In this document: piece by piece, positions 29,688-38,541 of the stretch
Position numbering within the stretch: position 1 is the stretch's first letter
Layout: every line of letters starts with the position of its first letter
Source of the DNA: Planctomycetota bacterium
GTDB lineage: Bacteria > Planctomycetota > UBA1135 > UBA2386
Reading direction: 5' to 3'
Length of the DNA: 64,000 nt
NCBI GenBank assembly: GCA_046290465.1
Contig: JBKAGP010000001.1
Span: 4,288,001-4,352,000, forward strand
Program-made: the position numbers and the translations under genes
The notes under the pieces: model-generated
What the model was told of the DNA's origin: nothing
The model's database searches: none
Seen by the model: only the letters and a program-made list of their open reading frames with translations

Positions 29688-32065
29688 TCCGTTCTTCGCT
29701 GCACGTCATCGGCCTGCTCAGCGCGGTGCTGTTCGCACACGGCCTGATCGCTTGGACCTCTCCGTTTGCGGAGACGTGGACCGTACTGCTGTTGGGAGCG
29801 GCTGGCGTCGCCTTTTCCGCGTCGTCTCAGCTCGACCGTTGTCCTGGACGACGACTGACCTCCGGAGTGCGGGGTGTTGCGGTCTTCGTGGTCGCCGCGA
29901 TGGCCGCGGCGCTCGCGATCTGGACCTGCGAACAGCTCGCCCTCCGGCAGGTCGCGTTCCCGACGATCGGATCTCTCATCGGAACCCTGATGCAGCCGTT
30001 CGGCAGGTTCGGCGCCAGCGCACTCGGAGAGATCTCCAGCCAGGCGCGAGACGGGCGGTTGCTGTTCGAGGTCAGCACCGTCAAGCTCGGGGTCGGGCTG
30101 ATCGGCTACCTGGCCGCGCACGCGGCAGCCACGCTGGCCTTCGGGTCGCTGACCGTGCGCCGAACGCTGTACGGGGTGCTCGGCATGTGTGCAGTGTTGG
30201 TCGTGCATCTGGCCGTGGAGATCGCTCTCTACGGCGACATCAGCAAGGTGCTCCTGCAGCACTTCCCGAGTCATCTGACGCGCTTCAGCGACGTAGTCCG
30301 GCAGATTCCGTGGATGCTGGTTGCCGGCATCACGTTGATAGCGAGCGGATGGAGAGTGGATCCGCCGCCGGCCATCGATGTAGCAGCGGCATCGACGATC
30401 GGTCTGCGTGAACGGATCCTGTGTTCGGTGACCGTAGTGCTGGGAGCGCTGGTGGCACTCTGTGCACTCGATCTGAGGTTGCCCGATCGCGAGGGCAAGG
30501 GCGTCGTCGTCGTCGACGACCTCCACTCCGAGTACTGGGCCGCAGCCGGTCGCAGGATGAACGAGGATTGGTACGGAGACTTCTCGACCTACAACCTGTC
30601 AGCCATGTCCGAGTATCTCGGACACTACTACCCGGTACGCGTGAACCGATCACAGCGCTATCGGCCGGGCAGCCTCGACGATGCCAGTGTGCTGGTGTTG
30701 AAGACTCCGACGCTGGACTTCGAACCCGAGGAGGTCGAGACCATCCTCGCGTTCGTCCGCGGCGGTGGCGGGTTGGTGCTGATCGGCGACCACACCAACC
30801 TGATGGGTACGAGTTCTCGTCTCAACCAGTTTGCGGTGCATGCCGGAATGGCGTTCGTGTTCGATGGAGTGAGCAATGGCCACAGCGGGTCGTTCTCCTT
30901 CGCCCCACCGCCGACGACGTCGCATGCGATCCGCGGGCGCGATACAGCCGGTTCCGAGTTCTTGACCGGTTGTTCTCTGCGGTTGGCGCCAGGCGTCGAT
31001 CCGTTGCTGGTCGCGCCTCGCGAGACACGCGTACGCGGGGACTACGCGAACGGCAGCTTCTTCGGGACGCTCTACAACGACCCCCGGTCGGACATCGCAC
31101 CGGTTGCCCACGGGGCGGCCGGGACGATCGGCGACGGTACGGTCTTCGCCTACTCCGACAGTACGTGTCTGTCGTCGTTCGGCATCTTCCAATACGGGCG
31201 AATCGAGGCGATGGTCAGGGCGATCGACTTCTGCGCCCGCGGCGGCAAGAGCGGCGCCAGCATGCGCTGGTTGGGGTTCGCGAGCGGATCCCTGGTATGC
31301 CTGATCGGACTGATGTTGCTGCGGCGATGGACATCGACGACCTGGCTGCTGGCGGTACTCGTATCGGTCGGTCTGTCGCCGGTGGCCGCCCGCCACCTGG
31401 TCGAGGGATTGCACGAGCGCGCCTGGCCGGATCCTCAGCCGGTCGTGGAACTGCCTCACGTCGACTACATCAGCCGCAATACCAACAGCCTGCTGCCGCC
31501 GGTCCTGGGCTCGTCCAGGGAAGAGTGGTTGCCGCGTGCCTACGACACGCTCTACGCCGCGATTCCGAGGACTGGTCGCTTCCCGAACATCGCTGGCAGC
31601 TTGTCGACCTGGACCGGGGAGCATCCCGCGATGTTCCTCGACCCTGTGACGCCGGTGGCCGAATGGGTCCAGCAGAGGACCCTCGCGACCCTGCGGCGTG
31701 GCGGTCGGATGCTCGTCGGCGTGTCTTCCGCGAGCCTCGGCTTCGACACGACTCGGTCCCTGCTCGCGGGCACCTCGCTCGGAATCGAGTACCAAAACGA
31801 GGAAGCGAACCAGGTGCGCTTCACGAAGGGGCCCGGTGACCACTACGAACTCCTGGCCGGGGGCAAGATCCAGGTCTACGAGACAGCCGTCGGTGAGGGA
31901 CGGTTGATCCTCGTCATCGGCATCGAGAATTGGGCACGGTCGGTGCTCGGTCACGCGTTCTCGATCCCGGATGCGGATGCGGCAGAACTCTACGCATCGC
32001 TGTTCCGGGTCCTGAGTCGGTTGGGTCCGGACGTCATCGATCGCAGGACCTATCTGATCGACTAG
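29684..32065 (+). CDS. Multi-pass membrane protein with DUF4350/GldG-like domains, paralog of upstream gene
   Basis: ATGA overlap; TM bundle; VDDLHSE, VLVLKTP, GGGLVLIGDHTN, GDGTVFAYSDST; TM pair; GEGRLILV. Confidence 0.65.
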   Translation: MIRSSLHVIGLLSAVLFAHGLIAWTSPFAETWTVLLLGAAGVAFSASSQLDRCPGRRLTSGVRGVAVFVVAAMAAALAIWTCEQLALRQVAFPTIGSLIGTLMQPFGRFGASALGEISSQARDGRLLFEVSTVKLGVGLIGYLAAHAAATLAFGSLTVRRTLYGVLGMCAVLVVHLAVEIALYGDISKVLLQHFPSHLTRFSDVVRQIPWMLVAGITLIASGWRVDPPPAIDVAAASTIGLRERILCSVTVVLGALVALCALDLRLPDREGKGVVVVDDLHSEYWAAAGRRMNEDWYGDFSTYNLSAMSEYLGHYYPVRVNRSQRYRPGSLDDASVLVLKTPTLDFEPEEVETILAFVRGGGGLVLIGDHTNLMGTSSRLNQFAVHAGMAFVFDGVSNGHSGSFSFAPPPTTSHAIRGRDTAGSEFLTGCSLRLAPGVDPLLVAPRETRVRGDYANGSFFGTLYNDPRSDIAPVAHGAAGTIGDGTVFAYSDSTCLSSFGIFQYGRIEAMVRAIDFCARGGKSGASMRWLGFASGSLVCLIGLMLLRRWTSTTWLLAVLVSVGLSPVAARHLVEGLHERAWPDPQPVVELPHVDYISRNTNSLLPPVLGSSREEWLPRAYDTLYAAIPRTGRFPNIAGSLSTWTGEHPAMFLDPVTPVAEWVQQRTLATLRRGGRMLVGVSSASLGFDTTRSLLAGTSLGIEYQNEEANQVRFTKGPGDHYELLAGGKIQVYETAVGEGRLILVIGIENWARSVLGHAFSIPDADAAELYASLFRVLSRLGPDVIDRRTYLID

Positions 32066-32067
32066 TG

Positions 32068-32090
32068 GGGCCGCCAGGAGTTGGCGGCCC
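32068..32090. terminator. GC-rich hairpin after the island operon
   Basis: GGGCCGCCA-GGAGT-TGGCGGCCC, starting 3 nt after the stop; no U-tract. Confidence 0.5.
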
Positions 32091-32136
32091 AGGTCGTCGG
32101 CCCGCAAGGCCGCTGGCGGCGTTGTTGCTCCTCGAC

Positions 32137-32154
32137 AGGATGTTGCAACATCCT
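32137..32154. repeat. Perfect 18-bp palindrome
   Basis: AGGATGTTGCAACATCCT. Confidence 0.85.
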
Positions 32155-32216
32155 TCGTCACCGCGCCGGGCTGCCCACTCATGGCGGACCCAGCCAACTC
32201 GCAAACGTCCGTTGAG

Positions 32217-33020
32217 TCAGTCCACCAGGTCGGGGAACATTCGACGCACGCGGGCTTCGTGTTCGCGGTCGTCGCCGGCCTTGCCGGCGAGCAGCGTCAG
32301 CAGCGAGTGCAGATCGCGGCCGGTGACCCGGTAGGTCGTCTCGGCCTTCTCCTCGAGGCGCTTGCTGAGACGCCGGTGCGCGGCCTTGGGCGTCAGCACG
32401 TAGCGCGGTTCCCTGCTCTCGGGCGCCTCGAGTTCGCGCAGCGCCGCGTCGGCGACCTCGCGCTCCTTGCCGGGCGGTGCGTCGAGCACGCGGCGGCAGA
32501 TCTGGCGCGCCTTGCTCCACGACAGCTTGTCCTGCTGGAGCAGTTCGCGCACGCGGCGGTCCATGCCGGGCACGTAGCGCAGGATGTCCTGCACCCACGA
32601 TTCGCTCTTGTCGAGGAAGGCGGCGATCCGCGCCGCCGACCAGTTGGCGTTGTTGAGAAACAGGATCGTGTCGAAGTAGTCGTGGATCCTGGCGTCGAGG
32701 CGGTCGGCGTTGAGCTTGAGGTTGAGCGCGCGGATCTCCTCGACGTCGCCGGCGACGCAGCGGATGTCGACGCGGTCGTAGTAGCCGGGGTTGTCGCCGC
32801 GGATCCGACGGATCGCTTCGAGGCGGTGGAAGCCGCCGACCAGGAAGTACTCGCGCGCGCGCCGTTCCCAGACCACCAGCGGCTCGAGCAGACCGTTCTG
32901 CAGGATGTCGTCCTGATAGTGGCGGACCTTGCTCTCGCTCAGCTCGCGGTGGTTGGGCACCAGCGGGTGCACCTGGATCTGCTCGATCGGGACGTAGTCG
33001 TAGCGCTTGGTGGTGACCAT
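32217..33020 (-). CDS. ParB/Srx N-terminal-domain protein (stand-alone)
   Basis: DILQNGLLEPLVV..YFLVGGFHRLEA motif and HTH-like IAAFLDKSESWV. Confidence 0.8.
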   Translation of the reverse strand: MVTTKRYDYVPIEQIQVHPLVPNHRELSESKVRHYQDDILQNGLLEPLVVWERRAREYFLVGGFHRLEAIRRIRGDNPGYYDRVDIRCVAGDVEEIRALNLKLNADRLDARIHDYFDTILFLNNANWSAARIAAFLDKSESWVQDILRYVPGMDRRVRELLQQDKLSWSKARQICRRVLDAPPGKEREVADAALRELEAPESREPRYVLTPKAAHRRLSKRLEEKAETTYRVTGRDLHSLLTLLAGKAGDDREHEARVRRMFPDLVD

Positions 33021-33058
33021 GGCGGGGGGGATGGCGTGCAGGCTACCATCCGGGCCGC

Positions 33059-34687
33059 GTGGAGACAGCGAAGGGCCACACCGTCATCAGCTTCCTCGGC
33101 ACGCAGCTCGACCGGGGTGGCCGCCACGACCGCTGGGACAGCTGGCGGCCGAACGTCGCGATGTGCATGCACGAGGACCTGCTGGTCGAACGGCTGGTGG
33201 TCCTGACCGAGCGCCGGTTCGGCAAGCTCTACAACGTCGTCGCGAAGGACATCGCGCTGGTGTCGCCGGGCACCCGGGTCGAGCAGCGCACGGTCTCGCT
33301 GCGCGACCCGTGGGACTTCGAGGAGGTCTTCGACGTGCTGCTGTCGGTGGCCGAGGAGCTCGAGCTCGACCCGGAGGCCGAGGACGTGCTGGTGCACATG
33401 ACGACCGGCACGCACGTCGCGCAGATCTGCCTGTTCCTGCTGACGGAGACGCGGCACTTCCCGGCGCGGTTGCTGCAGACCGGGCCGCCGTCGGCGAGGG
33501 ACGGCGGGCGAAGCAGCAAGGTCGGCAGCTGGCAGATCATCGACCTCGACCTGTCGCGATTCGACCGGCTGGCGCAGCGCTTCGCGCAGGAACACCAGCA
33601 GGGCGAGTCGCTGCTCAAGTCCGGCATCCAGACGCGCAACCGTTCGTTCAACGAACTGATCACGCAGGTCGAACGGGTGGCGCCGTTGTCGACCGCGCCG
33701 ATGCTGCTGATGGGGCCGACCGGCGCCGGCAAGTCGCAGCTCGCCAAGCAGATCTACGAGCTCAAGAAGCAGCGCCACCAGCTGCAGGGCACGTTCGTCG
33801 AGGTCAACTGCGCGACGATCCGCGGCGACGGGGCCCATTCGACGCTGTTCGGTCACAAGAAGGGTTCGTTCACCGGCGCCACCGGTGACCGTGCCGGGCT
33901 GCTGCGCGCGGCGGATGGCGGCCTGCTGTTCCTCGACGAGATCGGCGAGCTCGGCCTCGATGAGCAGGCGATGCTGTTGCGCGCGCTCGAGGACAAGCGC
34001 TTCCTGCCGCTCGGCAGCGACAAGGAGGCCGAGAGCGACTTCCAGTTGATCGCCGGGACCAACCGCGACCTCGGCCGCGCGGTGCACGAAGGAACGTTCC
34101 GCGAGGACCTGCTGGCGCGCATCAACCTGTGGACCTATCGGCTGCCGGGGCTGCGCGACCGCATCGAGGACCTCGAGCCCAACGTCGACTACGAGCTCGA
34201 GCGCTACTCCGCGCGCGTCGGCCGGCGCGTGCACTTCGCGGCCGAGGCGCGTCGTCGCTACCTCGAGTTCGCGACGTCGGCGGGCGGCCATTGGTGCGGC
34301 AACTTCCGCGACCTCAACGCGAGCATGACGCGGCTGTGCACGCTCGCACACGGCGGCCGCATCACCGACGAGGAGGTGCGCGGCGAGATCGCGCGGCTCG
34401 AGGCCGACTGGCAGCGCGGCGGCGACGAAGCGGCGGGTCGTGGGCAGGCCGACGACGCGCTGTTGGCCGAACTGCTCGGCGAGCAGGGGCTCTCAGAGCT
34501 CGATCGCTTCGACCGCGTGCAGCTGGCCGAGGTGGTGCGGGTCTGTCGGCGCCATCGCACGATGTCGGCGGCGGGGCGTGAGCTGTTCGCGGCGTCGCGG
34601 GCGCGCAAGGCCTCGAGCAACGACACCGACCGGCTGCGCAAGTACCTGGCGCGGTTCGGCCTCGAGTTCTCGTCGATGCACGGGTGA
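33059..34687 (+). CDS. rtcR: RNA repair transcriptional activator RtcR (CARF-like + sigma54 AAA+ + HTH)
   Basis: FLGTQLD..RW..WRP, DPWDFEEV, TTGTHVAQIC, GPTGAGKS, GSFTGA, FLDEIGEL, NDTDRLRKYLARFGL. Confidence 0.95.
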   Translation: METAKGHTVISFLGTQLDRGGRHDRWDSWRPNVAMCMHEDLLVERLVVLTERRFGKLYNVVAKDIALVSPGTRVEQRTVSLRDPWDFEEVFDVLLSVAEELELDPEAEDVLVHMTTGTHVAQICLFLLTETRHFPARLLQTGPPSARDGGRSSKVGSWQIIDLDLSRFDRLAQRFAQEHQQGESLLKSGIQTRNRSFNELITQVERVAPLSTAPMLLMGPTGAGKSQLAKQIYELKKQRHQLQGTFVEVNCATIRGDGAHSTLFGHKKGSFTGATGDRAGLLRAADGGLLFLDEIGELGLDEQAMLLRALEDKRFLPLGSDKEAESDFQLIAGTNRDLGRAVHEGTFREDLLARINLWTYRLPGLRDRIEDLEPNVDYELERYSARVGRRVHFAAEARRRYLEFATSAGGHWCGNFRDLNASMTRLCTLAHGGRITDEEVRGEIARLEADWQRGGDEAAGRGQADDALLAELLGEQGLSELDRFDRVQLAEVVRVCRRHRTMSAAGRELFAASRARKASSNDTDRLRKYLARFGLEFSSMHG

Positions 34688-34742
34688 AGCCGGTCGGCAA
34701 CGCTGCCTTGTGCGCGGCAGTGGCGTGGCCGACGATGCCGGC

Positions 34743-35035
34743 ATGGCGCCCGAGCTGAGCGGTGGCATCGACCACGTGCACGTCTACGTCGCCGACCGCG
34801 ACGCGGCCGCGTCCTGGTATGCACGCGTGCTCGGCTTTGGCGTGGTCGAGAAGTACCGTTCGTGGGCCGACGACCCCGACGGCCCGCTGACGATCGAGGA
34901 TCCGCGCGGGCGCGTCCACCTGGCGCTGTTCGCGTCGGGCGAGCCGGGGCACGACGTGGTTTCGACGATCCGGACGGCAACGGGCTGGAGATCACGACCT
35001 ACGAAGTCGGACCGGTGCGGGCGCGACTGGGGTAG
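34743..35035 (+). pseudogene. VOC/glyoxalase-family gene with internal deletion/frameshift
   Basis: IDHVHVYVADRDAAASWYARVLG in one frame; FDDPDGNGLEITTYE from 34961 in another frame ending TAG 35033-35035. Confidence 0.75.
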
Positions 35036-35127
35036 GGCCAGGGACTTTTGCTAGCCGTTGCACAGGGATCGAACGTGCTACGTTCTGCGCCTCGCGGCAG
35101 GTCGCCGCGCATCGAACGGACGTCCAG

Positions 35128-37005
35128 ATGAAGATCGCCCCGCATCGGATCGCGCCCTGGTTGGCGCTGATGTTCGCCCTGCTGACCTCGCTCGCTGCCC
35201 CGGCTGCGGCGCAGCAGCATCAGGAGTTGCAGAACGCCAGGCTCGAGGACGGCGAGGCCGGCAACAAGCCGCCCGGTTGGCTGTTCAACGCGCAGGGCGG
35301 GGCCGAGTGCTCGATCGACGCCGAGGCGCCGTTCGAGGGCAAGCAATCGGCCCGGATCGACGCGAGCGCGCTGCAGGGGCGTGGCATGTCGAACATCATG
35401 CAGACGCTCGACGCGACGCCGTGGCGCGGCAAGCGGGTGCGATACCGGGCGGCGGTCAAGACCGCGGAGCTCGGTGCGGGCATCGGCGCGCAGCTGTGGT
35501 TTCGCGTCGATCGACCCAAGGACGAGGGCGGCAACCGGCAGCTGGGCGCGTTCGACAACATGGGCAATCGCCCGATCACCGACGCGGAGTGGAAGCACTA
35601 CGACATCGTGCTCGACGTCGAGGAGGACGCCGAACGGATCGTGCTCGGCATGTTCTTGCTCGGCAAGGGCAAGGCGTGGATCGACGACGTGTCGATGGAG
35701 GTCGTGGACGAGTCGGTGAAGGTGACGGGCGGCGGCAACTCCTCGTCGAGTTCGTCCAGCCGTTCGCGCGGTGGCTACCAGATGCCGGCGATCGTGCGCG
35801 AGGCCCTCGGCAAGGCACAGGACGCGCCGCAGCAGTCGTTCTGGACCTGGTGGTTGCTGCTGCCGGTGTTCGCGATCGCGCTGTTCGTCGTCGGCATGTG
35901 GCCGATGCGGCAGAAGGTCGTGCCGCAGGAGCCGCCGGTCGAGGTCGCGTTCCAGGGCATGGGCTGGCTGCGCTACTTCGCGCTGCGGTTCACGGTGTGC
36001 TACTGGCTGCTCTATTGCCTGCCGGGGCCGTTCACGAGCGTCATCCGCGCGATCGGCCAGCTCTGCAACGAGCTCGCGTCGGTCGAGTGGATGTCGTGGC
36101 TGGGCGACGGGTCCACCAAGATCTTCGAGATCAGCGGCAAGCTCGACGAGGGGCACCGCGCGTTCGAGTCGTGGATGGCGCACCGGAGCGCGGACTGGTT
36201 CTTCGGCATCGAGGGCCAGCTGGTGCCGCCGAACGGCAGCGGTGACACGACGATGGGTTACCTGACGCTGCTCAACTACTTCGTGCTGGCGCTGTTGCTC
36301 GCGACGACCTGGACGGTGCTGCTGCGTCGCATCCCGAGCCGGAACGCGTCGGTCGACCTGCTGCGAACCTACCTGCGCTACGTGCTGGCGCTCGCCATGC
36401 TCGGCTACGGCCTCGCCAAGGTGAACATGGCCGGCAACCAGTTTCCGGAGGTCAACGAGTACCGGCTCAACAACACGTGGGGGGAGACTTCGCCGATGGG
36501 GCTGGTCTGGGGGTTCATGGGCGCGTCGCGGCCGTACACGATCTTTGCGGGGATGGGCGAAGTGGTCGCTGCGGCGCTGCTGATCTGGCGGCATACGGCG
36601 CTGCTCGGCGCGATCGTGGCCGTCGCCGTGATGACCAACGTCGTGATGCTGAACTACTGCTACGACGTTCCGGTCAAGATCTACTCGACGCACCTGACGT
36701 TGATGGGCCTGCTGATCCTGGTGCCGGACGCGCGTCGTCTGCTGAGCCTGCTGATGTTCCAGCGCAACCCGACCGACCAGGGCACGCCGAACGTCTGGGC
36801 GGCCACCAACGTCGGTTGGCTGCGTTGGGTGCCGAAGACGATCGTCGTCGGCCTGTGCTTCCTCTACCCGATGGGTCAGCGGGCGTGGGACCTTGCGACC
36901 TACAAGCCGCCGACGGCGGAAGGCGAAGCCAAGGACGAGGGCAAGAGCCACCTGCTGGTCGATCGCGGCTACCGCTGGATCAACGAGGTTCCGTTCAATC
37001 GCTAG
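35128..37005 (+). CDS. Exported carbohydrate-binding-like domain fused to a DoxX-like multi-pass membrane protein
   Basis: Signal AAA-Q; GKRVRY..LWFRVD..FDNM..RPI..W..Y; then GSGDTT, SPMGLVW.FMG, NYCYDVPVK, WINEVPFNR. Confidence 0.65.
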   Translation: MKIAPHRIAPWLALMFALLTSLAAPAAAQQHQELQNARLEDGEAGNKPPGWLFNAQGGAECSIDAEAPFEGKQSARIDASALQGRGMSNIMQTLDATPWRGKRVRYRAAVKTAELGAGIGAQLWFRVDRPKDEGGNRQLGAFDNMGNRPITDAEWKHYDIVLDVEEDAERIVLGMFLLGKGKAWIDDVSMEVVDESVKVTGGGNSSSSSSSRSRGGYQMPAIVREALGKAQDAPQQSFWTWWLLLPVFAIALFVVGMWPMRQKVVPQEPPVEVAFQGMGWLRYFALRFTVCYWLLYCLPGPFTSVIRAIGQLCNELASVEWMSWLGDGSTKIFEISGKLDEGHRAFESWMAHRSADWFFGIEGQLVPPNGSGDTTMGYLTLLNYFVLALLLATTWTVLLRRIPSRNASVDLLRTYLRYVLALAMLGYGLAKVNMAGNQFPEVNEYRLNNTWGETSPMGLVWGFMGASRPYTIFAGMGEVVAAALLIWRHTALLGAIVAVAVMTNVVMLNYCYDVPVKIYSTHLTLMGLLILVPDARRLLSLLMFQRNPTDQGTPNVWAATNVGWLRWVPKTIVVGLCFLYPMGQRAWDLATYKPPTAEGEAKDEGKSHLLVDRGYRWINEVPFNR

Positions 37006-37167
37006 TGGGCAAAGCCCCGTCCGCACGCGTACACGCCGCTTCCGCGATCACGGTCGGCAGCGCGTCCACTGCATGGACGCGCTCCTAGTGGGCAAAGCCC
37101 AGTCCGCACGCGTACGCGCCGCTTCCGCGATCACGGTCGGCAGCGCGTCCACTACATGGACGCGCTC
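37002..37167. repeat. Two tandem 83-bp REP-like units, each with a 10-bp-stem hairpin
   Basis: Copies start at 37002 and 37085 and differ at 3 positions; AGCGCGTCCA-CT(G/A)CA-TGGACGCGCT. Confidence 0.9.
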
Positions 37168-37222
37168 CTTGCGCCGGCCCAGCCGTGACCGCGGTTGGCA
37201 GGGTCTGCTCCCCGGAACCAGA

Positions 37223-38431
37223 CTATCGGGCCGGTTGGTGGAAGCCGAAGCGCCACGGGTGGGCGTCCATCGGGAAGTCGTTGAGGTCGAGTTGGCGCAG
37301 CGCGTCGAAGCGGGGCTGCATCTCCTCGAGGGAGTCGCCGCCGAGCTTCTCGGTGAGGGCGTCGGCGAGCACGATCGCGACCATCGCTTCGCAGATCGGC
37401 ACGGCGCGCGGGACCTGGCAGAAGTCGCTGCGCTCGTAGTTGGTCGCCGACGGTTCGCCGGTGGCGAGGTCGACCGACTGCAGCGACGCGATCGTCGTCG
37501 CGATCGGCTTGAAGGCCGTGCGCGTGATGATCGGCGAACCGTTGGTGATGCCGCCCTCGATGCCGCCGGCGCGATTGGTGTCGCGCACCAGCGCGTCGCC
37601 GTCGCGGCGCAGTTCGTCCTGGGCCTTGGTGCCGGGCCGGCGGCAGTTGGCGAAGCCGCCGCCGAACTCGACGCCCTTGGCCGCGTGCACGCTCATCAGG
37701 GCGCCGCCGAGCCGCGCGTCGATGCGCCGGTCGTAGTGCACGTGGCTGCCCAGGCCCACCGGCACGCCGGTCGCAAAGGTCTCGACGACCCCGCCGAGCG
37801 TGTCCTTGTCGGCGATGGTCTGCTGGATCGCCGCGTGCATCGCCGCGAACGACGTCTGGTCCGGGCAGCGCACGTCGTTGGCCTCGGCCACGGCGAAGCG
37901 GGCGCGCAGCCGGGCCGGGTCGTTGAGCGGCTCCTCGTCGGCGCACGACACGTCGCCGATGCCGGTGACGTAGCCGCCGACCTCGACGCCGAACTCGAGC
38001 AGCAGCGCCTTGCAGGTCGCGCCGACGGCGACGCGCATCGCGGTCTCGCGCGCCGAGGCCCGCTCGAGGGAGAGTCGCAGTTCGCGGTAGCCGTACTTGG
38101 CCGCGCCGGTCAGGTCGGCGTGGCCCGGGCGCGGCACCGTCATCGGCTTGATGTCCTTGTCGTGCCAGTTCTTGAAGTCGGCGTTGTCGATCACGAACGC
38201 GATCGGGCCGCCGGTCGTGCGGCCGGCCATCACGCCGGCCGTGATCTGCGCGTGGTCGGTCTCGATCTTCATGCGACCGCCGGAGCCGGAGCCCTTCTGT
38301 CGCCGCGCGAGTTCGCGCGCGATCGTCGCCTCGTCGAGCGGGACGCCGGCCGGCATGCCCTCGAGGATGCCGGTCAGCGAGGGGCCGTGGGATTCACCGG
38401 CCGTCAGGAAACGCAGTCTGCTCGTGAACAT
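37223..38431 (-). CDS. aroC: Chorismate synthase
   Basis: LRFLTAGESHG, PRPGHAD, ERASARET, AGGIEGG, ERSD. Confidence 0.97.
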   Translation of the reverse strand: MFTSRLRFLTAGESHGPSLTGILEGMPAGVPLDEATIARELARRQKGSGSGGRMKIETDHAQITAGVMAGRTTGGPIAFVIDNADFKNWHDKDIKPMTVPRPGHADLTGAAKYGYRELRLSLERASARETAMRVAVGATCKALLLEFGVEVGGYVTGIGDVSCADEEPLNDPARLRARFAVAEANDVRCPDQTSFAAMHAAIQQTIADKDTLGGVVETFATGVPVGLGSHVHYDRRIDARLGGALMSVHAAKGVEFGGGFANCRRPGTKAQDELRRDGDALVRDTNRAGGIEGGITNGSPIITRTAFKPIATTIASLQSVDLATGEPSATNYERSDFCQVPRAVPICEAMVAIVLADALTEKLGGDSLEEMQPRFDALRQLDLNDFPMDAHPWRFGFHQPAR

Positions 38432-38541
38432 CGCCGGCCGGACTCTACCGGAGCCGACCGGCGTGCCATACTGGCGCGCCATACTCTGGTCCACCCTTCT
38501 CTGGCCGACCTCGTTGCCGCGGTTCGTGCGCCGCTCGGGGT

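Larger units (their letters stand above)
21231..32216. mobile_element. Putative genomic island (boundaries approximate; no integrase seen)
   Basis: Visibly more A/T-ending codons than the flanks; truncated gene at left edge; sits between rtcBA and rtcR. Confidence 0.55.

Noticed and set aside
37002..37167. Possible CRISPR array
   Set aside because: Two contiguous near-identical units with no unique spacer
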